This document shows positions 38,591 to 46,847 of a DNA stretch of 64,000 nucleotides, piece after piece (position 1 is the stretch's first letter; each line of letters opens with the position of its first letter). The notes beneath the pieces are model-generated. The model saw nothing but the letters and a program-made list of their open reading frames with translations. It was not told where the DNA came from and did not search any database. Where the stretch lies: positions 25,192-89,191 of the forward strand of contig JBAWZC010000003.1 in NCBI GenBank assembly GCA_037143235.1. Direction: 5' to 3'. The translations under genes and the position numbers were made by a program. This DNA is from Candidatus Berkelbacteria bacterium. Lineage in GTDB: Bacteria > Patescibacteriota > UBA1384 > XYA2-FULL-43-10 > 1-14-0-10-43-13.

Positions 38591-38655
38591 AGAAATTATT
38601 TTTCTTCTCTCCTAGTCTTGACTTATGCCTAAGATTGTTTTAGTGTTGGGTCAAG

Positions 38656-39981
38656 ATGTTTAAATTTCTCTCCCCATACCTCGACCGTCAAACTAAAAAT
38701 AAGATCCACTTATTATTTGCGAAGTGGGCTGTCTTTTTGCATAGCAACCCCAGCAGCCGCATCAAAGTGATCGGCGTGACCGGTACTCAGGGCAAAACTA
38801 CGGTCTGCAATATGATTTCGAGCATCCTTGATCAAGCCGGCCTGACAAACGCACTGGAGACAACGATCAACACTCGCATTGCCGGCGAAAACATAGAGAG
38901 ACCAGCAGACTACCGCCGAACCACTCCCACAGCTGCCTATCTCCAAGAATTTCTCGACAAAGCCGTCAAGGCGGGCTGCTCCTATGCAATTATTGAAGTT
39001 TCCTCTCAGGCCATCGACCAAAATCGCATCCATGGCATCAAATTTCATTCGCTGGTTTTCACCAATCTGACCCACGAACATCTCGACTATCACGGCACCA
39101 AAGAAAATTATCTAAATACGAAACTAAAACTATTTAAGAACAATCCTGAGGCAAATTTTATTATTAATGCCGATGATCCTTCTTGGAATCGTTTTTACTC
39201 TCTTTCAGGCTTGCAGAAATACCTGTTTTCTATCAAAAAATCAGTTGAGCACGGGGCGATTGCTCGCAAGATATTATCCTCTCCCTCCGACACAACTTTT
39301 ACAGCAGTGTCTGACAATGGCCAAATCACGATCGATCTCAACATCCCTGGGTTGTTCAATGTTCAAAACGCTTTAGCGGCTTTTTGTGTCGGTATGGCTT
39401 TGGAAATCAGTCTTGAAAATATCAAGCGCGGAATCGAAGATATTCGTCTAATCGCTGGCAGGATGGAACCAATCAGAGTGTCTAAACACCAAAATTTCAC
39501 CGTTTTGATCGATTACGCGCACACGCCCGACTCACTGAAAAATGTCTACGAGACCGTGAAAGAAAGCATCAAAAACAGTATGGGGAGACTGATCGCTGTA
39601 CTCGGGGCCACAGGCAATCGCGATATCTCAAAAAGACCGATCATGGGGGCGATGGCAGGTCATTTTGCTGATCTCGTCGTCTTTACGAACGAAGATCCTT
39701 ATGACGAGGATCCAGTTGCTATCATGGAGGCTGTGGCTGAGGGTATTCACAAAGGCGCAGAGAAAAAGCATCAGTGGAGACTAAATCGTAACTATTGGAA
39801 GGTTATTGATCGAGCTCAAGCCATCCACAAGGCCATTAGAGAGGCGAAAAAAGGTGATGTGGTCATTATCACCGGCAAGGGTGACGAAAGCGTCATGGCG
39901 GTTTCTAGTGACAAATTTGTGCCATTCTCAGATCGAAATATCGCCAAACAGGAGCTATCAGAGATTTTTGGAAGAAAGTAG
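38656..39981 (+). CDS. Mur ligase family protein (MurE-like UDP-MurNAc-L-Ala-D-Glu:diamino-acid ligase)
   Basis: Contains 'IGVTGTQGKTT' (P-loop of Mur ligases) and 'DYAHTPDSL' in the central domain. At 441 aa it lacks a long N-terminal domain, so the assignment within the Mur family is uncertain. Confidence 0.65.
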   Translation: MFKFLSPYLDRQTKNKIHLLFAKWAVFLHSNPSSRIKVIGVTGTQGKTTVCNMISSILDQAGLTNALETTINTRIAGENIERPADYRRTTPTAAYLQEFLDKAVKAGCSYAIIEVSSQAIDQNRIHGIKFHSLVFTNLTHEHLDYHGTKENYLNTKLKLFKNNPEANFIINADDPSWNRFYSLSGLQKYLFSIKKSVEHGAIARKILSSPSDTTFTAVSDNGQITIDLNIPGLFNVQNALAAFCVGMALEISLENIKRGIEDIRLIAGRMEPIRVSKHQNFTVLIDYAHTPDSLKNVYETVKESIKNSMGRLIAVLGATGNRDISKRPIMGAMAGHFADLVVFTNEDPYDEDPVAIMEAVAEGIHKGAEKKHQWRLNRNYWKVIDRAQAIHKAIREAKKGDVVIITGKGDESVMAVSSDKFVPFSDRNIAKQELSEIFGRK

Positions 39982-40044
39982 ATAGCAAATTGTTCGATTG
40001 CTGGATTGCTAAACTGTTAATCAGCTTACTAGCTTAAACACTTA

Positions 40045-41037
40045 CTAGCTTTCTGACTTACCGGCTTGCTCACTCTCTTTCTCTTCTGCCTTTTTATCAT
40101 GAAATTTACGATGAACATCGCGCAGGTGCTGATCGGTCACATGAGTATAAACTTGGGTCGTCGTGATCGAGGAGTGACCAAGCATCGACTGAACACTCCT
40201 GATATCGGCCCCGTTTATGAGCAGATCAGTAGCAAAAGAGTGACGCAAAGTATGCGGAGTCACTTTTTTTGTAATCCCCGCTTTTTTCGCATATTTATGG
40301 ACAAGGCGCTCTACAGAGCGGACCGAGAGTCGAGAGTGTTGGCTCGAGATAAATAGTGGCACTTCAGCTAATTTGGAAAACCCCTCAGGCTCATAGCCAC
40401 GAGTGGCGAGAAAATCAGCCAGGGCTTTCTTCGCACTTTCAGAGAGAAAAACTACTCGAAATTTCTTGCCCTTGCCCAAAACAGCGATCTCGTCACGCTC
40501 AAAATTCAAATCTTCAACATTTAGTGAGACCAGCTCAGAGACTCGTAAACCAGTCGAGAAAAGGAGGTCAAGTAAGGCTTTGTCTCGCAGACCAGCCTCG
40601 TCAGCCGCTGGCATGGCTAATATCTGGTTAATCTCGTCACCTTCAAGAAAACTAATCTCACGCTCGTCAGCTTTGGCCACGGTCACCTTTTCGGGCGACA
40701 CAGTCACGATGCCTCGGTAGGCAAGGTAACGAAGATAAGCCCTTACAGCCAGCATGTGGTAATTCTGGGTTGATTTCTTTAGCATCTCCCCCTTTTGATC
40801 CTTGAGCCTGTTTACATGCAACCGATATTCTCTAATGACTTCCTGTGTCAGGTCGCTCGGCATGATGACTGCATGTTTTTGCGCCGCTTTATCCTCTGCC
40901 TTGTGCTTCTTCTCGTCAACAAAAATGAAAAAACGATCGATATAGCGATTGTATGCCTCGATAGTCAAGTTCGATTGATTTTTCTCGAGTTCACAGTGCT
41001 CGAGAAATTGACGCTTGAGCGTGTAGAGATCTTCCAT
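40045..41037 (-). CDS. xerD: Site-specific tyrosine recombinase (XerC/XerD family)
   Basis: Contains 'HTLRHSFATDLLINGADIRSVQSMLGHSSITTTQVYTHV' (R-H-R-Y catalytic region) and an N-terminal SAM-like core-binding domain. Confidence 0.85.
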   Translation of the reverse strand: MEDLYTLKRQFLEHCELEKNQSNLTIEAYNRYIDRFFIFVDEKKHKAEDKAAQKHAVIMPSDLTQEVIREYRLHVNRLKDQKGEMLKKSTQNYHMLAVRAYLRYLAYRGIVTVSPEKVTVAKADEREISFLEGDEINQILAMPAADEAGLRDKALLDLLFSTGLRVSELVSLNVEDLNFERDEIAVLGKGKKFRVVFLSESAKKALADFLATRGYEPEGFSKLAEVPLFISSQHSRLSVRSVERLVHKYAKKAGITKKVTPHTLRHSFATDLLINGADIRSVQSMLGHSSITTTQVYTHVTDQHLRDVHRKFHDKKAEEKESEQAGKSES

Positions 41038-41592
41038 TTACCTCCAGTTTTTTTGAGCCTTGGAGATGATCAGATAGGACAAAATACCAGAAAGGATGCC
41101 AAAAAAGGCGCCAGCGACAATATCTGTCGGGTAATGCAAGCCAGTAGCGATGCGCGAGACACCAATCATGAGTGCGATTACAAAGAGAGCCAGACCGAGT
41201 CGTTTATGACCGTAAAGGAAGATACTTGTTGCAACAGCAAAGGCAACATAGGTATGAGCAGAGGGAAAAGAAGAAGCGCTGAGTTTCATCCCATCAATAA
41301 TAGGCTGAATCACCTCGCCAAAATGGCTCTCAAAGGGATGCGGCCGACGCCAAAAAATAGAGATAACAAAGTCTGCAAGGGCGGCGATAGAAAGAGCAAT
41401 AAACGCACAGAAAAACGCTTTGATCGTCCCTCGCCAGATCAGGTAAACCGAGGACAAGATGATCAGCACAATGCCATATTTGGAAAAGAAGAAGAAAATA
41501 TATGATAGAAAATGATGGTCAATCTCGAGACGATAAAAATAGAGATAGATGTGATAGTCCCAAAAGCGCATTTTGTCGAAATATGTTTCCAT
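41038..41592 (-). CDS. PAP2-family phosphatase (undecaprenyl/phosphatidic-acid phosphatase type)
   Basis: Contains 'FPSAHT' and 'SRIATGLHYPTDIVAG' (PAP2 motifs 2 and 3). The track ORF extends to 41763, through a repeat element. The start is placed here at the internal ATG at 41590-41592 (METYFDKMRF...), which is outside the repeat. This is a judgement call. Confidence 0.65.
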   Translation of the reverse strand: METYFDKMRFWDYHIYLYFYRLEIDHHFLSYIFFFFSKYGIVLIILSSVYLIWRGTIKAFFCAFIALSIAALADFVISIFWRRPHPFESHFGEVIQPIIDGMKLSASSFPSAHTYVAFAVATSIFLYGHKRLGLALFVIALMIGVSRIATGLHYPTDIVAGAFFGILSGILSYLIISKAQKNWR

Positions 41593-41619
41593 AAGAGTAT
41601 GATAACACAAAGATTGACA

Positions 41620-41780
41620 GCTAAACAGCTGGTAAGTGTTTAAGTCTGTAAGCTGGTAAGTGTTTAATCTAGCAAGCTTTCTCGTTGTCATTGCGAGGAG
41701 TCTGCGACGCGGCAATCTATCATTTGAAATGCATGATGGATTGCCGCACTTTGGAAAACCCAATAGCTCGCAATGACAAA
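41620..41780. repeat. MITE-like intergenic element with terminal inverted repeats (module D + B)
   Basis: Two tandem 'agctggtaagtgtttaa' copies. Then 'ttgtcattgcgagg...ctcgcaatgacaaa' has 12-bp perfect TIRs (gtcattgcgag / ctcgcaatgac) flanking ~65 bp. Confidence 0.6.
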
Positions 41781-41843
41781 CATTTTGTATTCTTCGAGCC
41801 TACCCGCCCCTCGTAGTTTTAATGTAGTGGGGTTAAGAACAGC

Positions 41844-42524
41844 CTAAATCTTAACTTTCTCTGCCTCTCCTTGGTAATCTTTGATCGGTTGATAGACTGG
41901 GTCGAGTAATGCTGCTCGATCAAACGCTTTTTTAGCTTCGGCGAGATAGTTTTTCAAAACGTTTTTGTCCGTCTTCAAGTTAGTTGCCGCTCGCAAATTC
42001 GCAATTCCGAGATACAGCCAGCCGTCACGATAAGTATCATTTAGCGCAACAGAACGCTCAGCGGGAATAATCGCGTATTGATACTGCCCTCTTCCGATCA
42101 ACGACTGCGACAATATGGTCAGATCATAATATTTTTTATCTGTAACAGTCGATTCTGAATACAGTTGCAACGAAGCTGTTGCCTTCTCTCTTTTGAAAAA
42201 GTCTAACAACTTCGAAATGTCGCCGCTACCCTCCACGGCCAACTTTTTCTGACTTTTCGCTACTTTGTTGCTCGGCTCGAGCAACGAAGCCTTGGCATAC
42301 GACAGCTCGGCCCAATTGTATTTTGCCTCGAGCAAATATTTATCACCAGCGCTGATATAGTTAGCGGCCCAAGCGTGACGAATGGGCTTGGTCAACAACG
42401 ATAAGAAGGAAAGTCCTATCAAAAAAATGAGCAGATAAACTGCCGTTTGGTACCAAATAGGTGCCTTTTTAATCTTGACCAAACGATCGAGATAAAGTTT
42501 TTTGATCAATACTCTAGTATTCAC
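41844..42524 (-). CDS. Membrane-anchored hypothetical protein with TPR-like helical repeats
   Basis: N-terminal TM (VYLLIFLIGLSFLSLL). The remainder is helical with 'AELSYAKASLLEP' and 'AEAKKAFDRAALLDP' TPR-like pairs. No specific family recognised. Confidence 0.35.
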   Translation of the reverse strand: MNTRVLIKKLYLDRLVKIKKAPIWYQTAVYLLIFLIGLSFLSLLTKPIRHAWAANYISAGDKYLLEAKYNWAELSYAKASLLEPSNKVAKSQKKLAVEGSGDISKLLDFFKREKATASLQLYSESTVTDKKYYDLTILSQSLIGRGQYQYAIIPAERSVALNDTYRDGWLYLGIANLRAATNLKTDKNVLKNYLAEAKKAFDRAALLDPVYQPIKDYQGEAEKVKI

Positions 42525-42559
42525 TCTTGTCTATTTTATTTACGATTTATAATTCTTCT

Positions 42560-42750
42560 GTCGTAGCCGCTTTTATTTTGTCATTGCGAGGAGTCGGCGA
42601 CGCGGCAATCTATCATCTGATCTGTTTCCAACAAGTAAAGCTTGATTTACACACTGTCGTAGCCCACGCTTCAGCGTGTTTTCCCTACAAGCTAAAGATT
42701 GAGCTACGATTCGGAAGAAGAATTATCAGCTTATAAGCTTAAACACTTAC
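42560..42750. repeat. Composite intergenic repeat (modules B + E + D)
   Basis: 'gtcattgcgaggagtcggcgacgcggcaatctatcat' is ~92% identical to 41688-41725. 'cccacgcttcagcgtg' hairpin plus 'acaagctaaag...gagctac' are the reverse complement of 31905-31950 and 56395-56450. 'agcttaaacacttaccagct' is the reverse complement of module D. Confidence 0.6.
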
Positions 42751-42757
42751 CAGCTCC

Positions 42758-43564
42758 CTACTTCATCCACCCAACCACAGCCAATCCAATGACCAATGCT
42801 CCGAGCAGGATGCGATAATAGAAGAAGATCGAGAAGTCCGCTTTCTTGAGCCAAGCAAGCAAAAAACGAATGGCAATCAAGCCCGAGACGAGCGAAGCGA
42901 AAAAGCCAAGAACAAAGGCCAAATCCATATGGATTGCCGTGATCTTTTTCAGGTCAAAGACAAAAGCGCCAATCATCGCCGGTGTACCAAGCAAAAAAGA
43001 AAATCTGGCTGCTTTTTCGCGACTAAGACCGAGCGCGCGTGAGGCAACCATTGTGATACCAGACCGAGAAACGCCGGGGATCAGGGCAAGAGATTGAGCT
43101 AGACCAACCAAAAATGATTGCTTATACCGAATATCTTTTGTCTCCAAACTCTTGCGAGCATATTTATCGACTAAGAATAGAACAAGACCAAAGACGATGA
43201 GGTTCGTAGCCAATAAATACGGTGAATGCAGCTTACTTTCGACAATATCTGCTATGAGATAGCCGACCGCTCCTGCTGGGATAGTTGCGACCAAGATTTG
43301 CCACAAAAAATTGCGCGGATAATCCTCAGCAGTGACAGTTTCGCTATTATCTAGAGCGAGAGAAATTAGTTTGGCCCAATCTCGCCAAAAATATGCGACG
43401 ATGGCCACCACGGTGCCAAGATGCATCGCAATATCAAAGGACAGCCCCTGATACTGCCAATGGAAAAGACTGGGCACGATGACCAGATGAGCCGATGATG
43501 AGATTGGCAAAAATTCTGTAAAACCTTGGATGATGCCAAGTGTGATTGATTGCAAGTATTCCAT
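42758..43564 (-). CDS. uppP: Undecaprenyl-diphosphatase
   Basis: Contains 'GIIQGFTEFLPISSSAHL' and '...PGVSRSGITM', canonical BacA/UppP motifs. Length 268 aa. Confidence 0.9.
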   Translation of the reverse strand: MEYLQSITLGIIQGFTEFLPISSSAHLVIVPSLFHWQYQGLSFDIAMHLGTVVAIVAYFWRDWAKLISLALDNSETVTAEDYPRNFLWQILVATIPAGAVGYLIADIVESKLHSPYLLATNLIVFGLVLFLVDKYARKSLETKDIRYKQSFLVGLAQSLALIPGVSRSGITMVASRALGLSREKAARFSFLLGTPAMIGAFVFDLKKITAIHMDLAFVLGFFASLVSGLIAIRFLLAWLKKADFSIFFYYRILLGALVIGLAVVGWMK

Positions 43565-43763
43565 GGCATCATTTTATCAAAGTTCATTTCGAAATGCCAA
43601 AAAGATAGAAATAGCTAGCAAGCTGGTAGACTGCTCCGCAGATCGTAGCCCACGCTTTATCTTGTGAAGAAAACACGCTGATCCTGCTGGTCAATAGACT
43701 GGACTGAAATGACTGTGAAAAAATATCTACAAAATTCTTGCAATCGAAATAAAACCTCGCCCA

Positions 43764-43813
43764 CAAATCTGTGTCAAATATGAAACGGCCGTTTCATATT
43801 TGACACAGATTTG
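43764..43813. promoter_or_regulatory. Perfect 50-bp palindrome, candidate operator / protein-binding site
   Basis: caaatctgtgtcaaatatgaaacgg|ccgtttcatatttgacacagatttg. The two 25-nt arms are exact reverse complements, checked base by base. The core recurs at 44529-44556. Confidence 0.5.
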
Positions 43814-43907
43814 AGGCAAACGATCGGGATATACGAATACGATTTGCTACCCCATTCTATTTTATAGGCGAGAATATGTTATCAAGGAACATAATATTTG
43901 GAATGAT

Positions 43908-44450
43908 CTATTTCTCCAACTTTTTTTTGATGTAGCCGTCAATATCTGACGTCGAAGAGACAATATAGATGATATAGTTCTCGACTCCGTATTCCCGCGC
44001 AGCTAGTTCGATCAATTCGCTCACATCGTGGTCTATCACCCACAGACTCTGTTGAATTTGCCGAAAACCGAGCCTCTTGATTGTTTTTCTGAACTGATTC
44101 CGTTTGGTTGACATTGCCTCGGGGATATCAAATGAAATAAACCGATGTACGCCATCTTTCCTTGGGACCAATTTCTCAATTATTTTCAATTTTGCCTTGT
44201 TGGTGAACCTAAACGAATCAGGATGATTTGCATCTTTTTCAAGATAACCGTGCCGTGTAAGATTACTAACTTTACGACTAAATTGGTCACGAGAATAATT
44301 GCTACCGCCATAATACAGATTTCTGTAAGCCGCTTTTTTCGAGATAAATGAGGAGCCAAGGATTTCGAAGGAGGCTGCCAGATTCTCCAAAAATAAAACA
44401 ACAGCACTTTTGAGATCACCTTTCTTGAGCACCACTACCTCCTCGCGCAA
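43908..44450 (-). CDS. Cas2-fold / PaaX-C-like small protein, candidate transcriptional regulator
   Basis: 'RFISFDIPEAMSTKRNQFRKTIKRLGFRQIQQSLWVID' fits the Cas2/PaaX C-terminal pattern (V-x-[FY]-D-[IV]...R..L...G.R.Q.S[VL][FW]). The gene is bracketed by two copies of a perfect palindrome. Confidence 0.35.
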   Translation of the reverse strand: MREEVVVLKKGDLKSAVVLFLENLAASFEILGSSFISKKAAYRNLYYGGSNYSRDQFSRKVSNLTRHGYLEKDANHPDSFRFTNKAKLKIIEKLVPRKDGVHRFISFDIPEAMSTKRNQFRKTIKRLGFRQIQQSLWVIDHDVSELIELAAREYGVENYIIYIVSSTSDIDGYIKKKLEK

Positions 44451-44525
44451 TTAATTAATCGCCCCAACTACACCTAGCATTAACAATTCGCCTTATACAT
44501 AAATATTACTTTTGCTTAAAAAATA

Positions 44526-44559
44526 TGTCAAATATGAAACGGCCGTTTCATATTTGTCG
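44526..44559. promoter_or_regulatory. Second copy of the palindromic operator candidate, lying in a divergent promoter region
   Basis: A 28-bp perfect palindrome caaatatgaaacggccgtttcatatttg (44529-44556), identical to the core of 43764-43813. It extends to 34 bp with one mismatch. Confidence 0.5.
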
Positions 44560-44677
44560 TTGATTTAAGGCTGATTATTCCAGATGCGTTGTATAGGGGT
44601 TCGCATAGGAAGTTGGACAGGAGGCTAGATGGAAGATCGTGAAAAAACAAACTTTTGAGGCCAAATATCTTGTCCCC

Positions 44678-44706
44678 TTGCAGCAAGATGACTTGACCTC
44701 TATAAT
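44678..44706 (+). promoter_or_regulatory. Sigma70-like promoter for the T4SS-like operon
   Basis: TTGCAG (44678-44683), a 17-bp spacer, then TATAAT (44701-44706). A GGAGGG RBS lies at 44742-44747 and the ATG at 44751. Confidence 0.4.
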
Positions 44707-44750
44707 ATATTTATCGCCACTGGGCACTAATTTTGTTGTATGGAGGGAAG

Positions 44751-46847
44751 ATGAATATACGAAATTTTATAGCCAAGATCCTCGTGATCTCTCTTTTTGT
44801 GACCATCTTGCCATATCAGCAGGCGATGGCAAAAAATGACATGCCAGCCACACCTACTCCAACACTTGGTGAGGGACAATATGATGAGGCAGGAAGCATA
44901 TGGGAGTGGCAACACGAAGATACTGATGGCGGAAGATGGGTTGTGATACACACTATTGCCCAAAAAGTTAACGGACAAATTGTTTACCACAAAATCAAAT
45001 ATGGACAAGATGCTGCAAACCTACAGACAACTTTTTCAATGGTAGACTATAAAAATGAAACTCGAAGTCTCGGCGGTCAATATTGGTTCAAGATGGAAAC
45101 ATATGACGACGACGGTGTTAGTGGATACAATATTTATATCTATATACATTCCAGAGGAACACAGAACCCACCAATACCATCGCCCTCGCAAACGCAAATA
45201 ACGCCGCCCGGTGAGTACAACCGAGACTTTGCTGATCCATCTTACCTCGGAACAATCGTGACATCAGCCAAAAAGGCTTACGGCCTTTACAAATGGGTCT
45301 ATACAGTACCAAAAGGCAAAATGCAAGACGCTGGGTATTGTATTGACAAGGGGCAGACAGCAATCGTGAGAGATGTCACTGGCGTGAGGCAGATAGAGAA
45401 TCTGGGCATGATAATCTTTGGCGCAACCACGGGGTACCGATTGGAAAATACATATACGAATGCCGCCGACGAAACAGCTATGTGTATGCAGCCAGTCATG
45501 AAATTTCAGTATGGCGACAAGACGAAAGCTGTGGAAAATTATCTAACTGCCACTAATGATTATCTAAACTCCAGAGATATCATAAACAAACCGAATGTAA
45601 CTGAAGAATTTATTACACCGGAGGAAATATCTGAAGCAGGCTGTAAATCTCCTCTTGGAAATGAGGCTGATGCAAAAAATACTTTCATGAAAAATTACGA
45701 TGAATATATGACCGTGCTCTGGGACAATGCCGTTGACAATAATGGCAACAGCATCGTTGTACCCGGAAATGTAAAAGACAAATACAAGGAAAACACTATC
45801 AATGCAATGAATGGCGATATGCCGGATATTACGAAGATTAATTCATTTAAACTACCCGGAGTTGATTGGGGTGGTATGTACCAACAATATTATGGAGGTT
45901 ACGGAATAAAAAACTATCCCGGTTCAGGGTATGGACCTGCCCCCGATGCGCAGTATCCCAACATGTTTTATGATAAAAACATGCTAGATCGTATGGATGC
46001 CCCTCTTAAACAGATTGAAAGTAGATGGAGCAAAAAACCCACACCAGAAAACGCACTTACGCTCCCTGACAAAAAGGTGATTGATATGGAAAAAACCCAA
46101 ATCAAGGCCGCCGAGGCGGTAACGAAGAAAAATGGTGGCTCCGTCCCAAATGGCGGGTTAACACTACCACAGGCCTCATGGATTCTAACTGGAGTAGCTG
46201 CAACCGGTCTTATCCTTGCCAAAACAGGAGTTTTTGCGGCGGCCTGGGGCGGAGTTAAGACCGCCGCTGTTAACTATGGAATTGCGATGTATTTAGATTT
46301 TGGTGTCGCCATAGAAAGTGCTGGAGCAACAATAGGAGTAGCTCTTGGTGCAACAGTAATTTTAATTGCTCTCGCGGTCGCTTTAACTGTTCTGGCAATA
46401 ACTTATGCCAACGTAGACAAATATTACAACCAGAATCTGGTAAAGGCACAGACAGCATTGCTTTATTCGACTTTCTTGGCAAGTAATGCGGCTGATTTCC
46501 ACGCTTGCATGCTTCAAAATTCAGTCAAGGCAAACAAAATGGACGCAGCAAAAGCTATTAAGCTTGGCTTAACCGACGAGAATGTTAAAAACGAGATGAT
46601 GAATATCGCTTATGGCAAGAATAATTATGCCAAATCGGTAGTGACAAATATAAAAAATGCTGGAAACTGCCCAGATATTAATCTTATGAATATGGGGCAG
46701 ACATTGCAAAGTGCAATTTGCAATGTCTTTTATATGCTCAACTCCCTGATTAATGTATTGGCCAACGGGGTTCGAGACTTTATGGTCAATAACATCTTGT
46801 CATTTAATACCCTAGGACCAGTACCAAAAATTATAAATACTGCATGA
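44751..46847 (+). CDS. Secreted protein with C-terminal membrane-spanning segments. First gene of the T4SS-like operon.
   Basis: Signal peptide (MNIRNFIAKILVISLFVTILPYQQAMA). There is a ~450 aa soluble region, then 2-3 hydrophobic helices ('WILTGVAATGLILAKTGVFAAAW', 'IGVALGATVILIALAVALTVLAITY'). The start is chosen at the ATG after the GGAGGG RBS rather than the track's upstream ATG. Confidence 0.45.
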   Translation: MNIRNFIAKILVISLFVTILPYQQAMAKNDMPATPTPTLGEGQYDEAGSIWEWQHEDTDGGRWVVIHTIAQKVNGQIVYHKIKYGQDAANLQTTFSMVDYKNETRSLGGQYWFKMETYDDDGVSGYNIYIYIHSRGTQNPPIPSPSQTQITPPGEYNRDFADPSYLGTIVTSAKKAYGLYKWVYTVPKGKMQDAGYCIDKGQTAIVRDVTGVRQIENLGMIIFGATTGYRLENTYTNAADETAMCMQPVMKFQYGDKTKAVENYLTATNDYLNSRDIINKPNVTEEFITPEEISEAGCKSPLGNEADAKNTFMKNYDEYMTVLWDNAVDNNGNSIVVPGNVKDKYKENTINAMNGDMPDITKINSFKLPGVDWGGMYQQYYGGYGIKNYPGSGYGPAPDAQYPNMFYDKNMLDRMDAPLKQIESRWSKKPTPENALTLPDKKVIDMEKTQIKAAEAVTKKNGGSVPNGGLTLPQASWILTGVAATGLILAKTGVFAAAWGGVKTAAVNYGIAMYLDFGVAIESAGATIGVALGATVILIALAVALTVLAITYANVDKYYNQNLVKAQTALLYSTFLASNAADFHACMLQNSVKANKMDAAKAIKLGLTDENVKNEMMNIAYGKNNYAKSVVTNIKNAGNCPDINLMNMGQTLQSAICNVFYMLNSLINVLANGVRDFMVNNILSFNTLGPVPKIINTA

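Noticed and set aside
41593-41763. N-terminal 57 aa of the track ORF 41038-41763 (PAP2 gene)
   Set aside because: This extension is encoded by the MITE-like repeat at 41620-41780 (an Arg/Leu-rich, low-complexity translation). The conserved PAP2 fold begins after the internal Met, so the start was moved to 41592.
43764-43813. The 50-bp perfect palindrome as a simple Rho-independent terminator
   Set aside because: No U-tract follows the stem on either strand, and the identical core recurs in a promoter region at 44529-44556. A protein-binding operator is the more economical reading, although a transcript-stabilising hairpin cannot be excluded.
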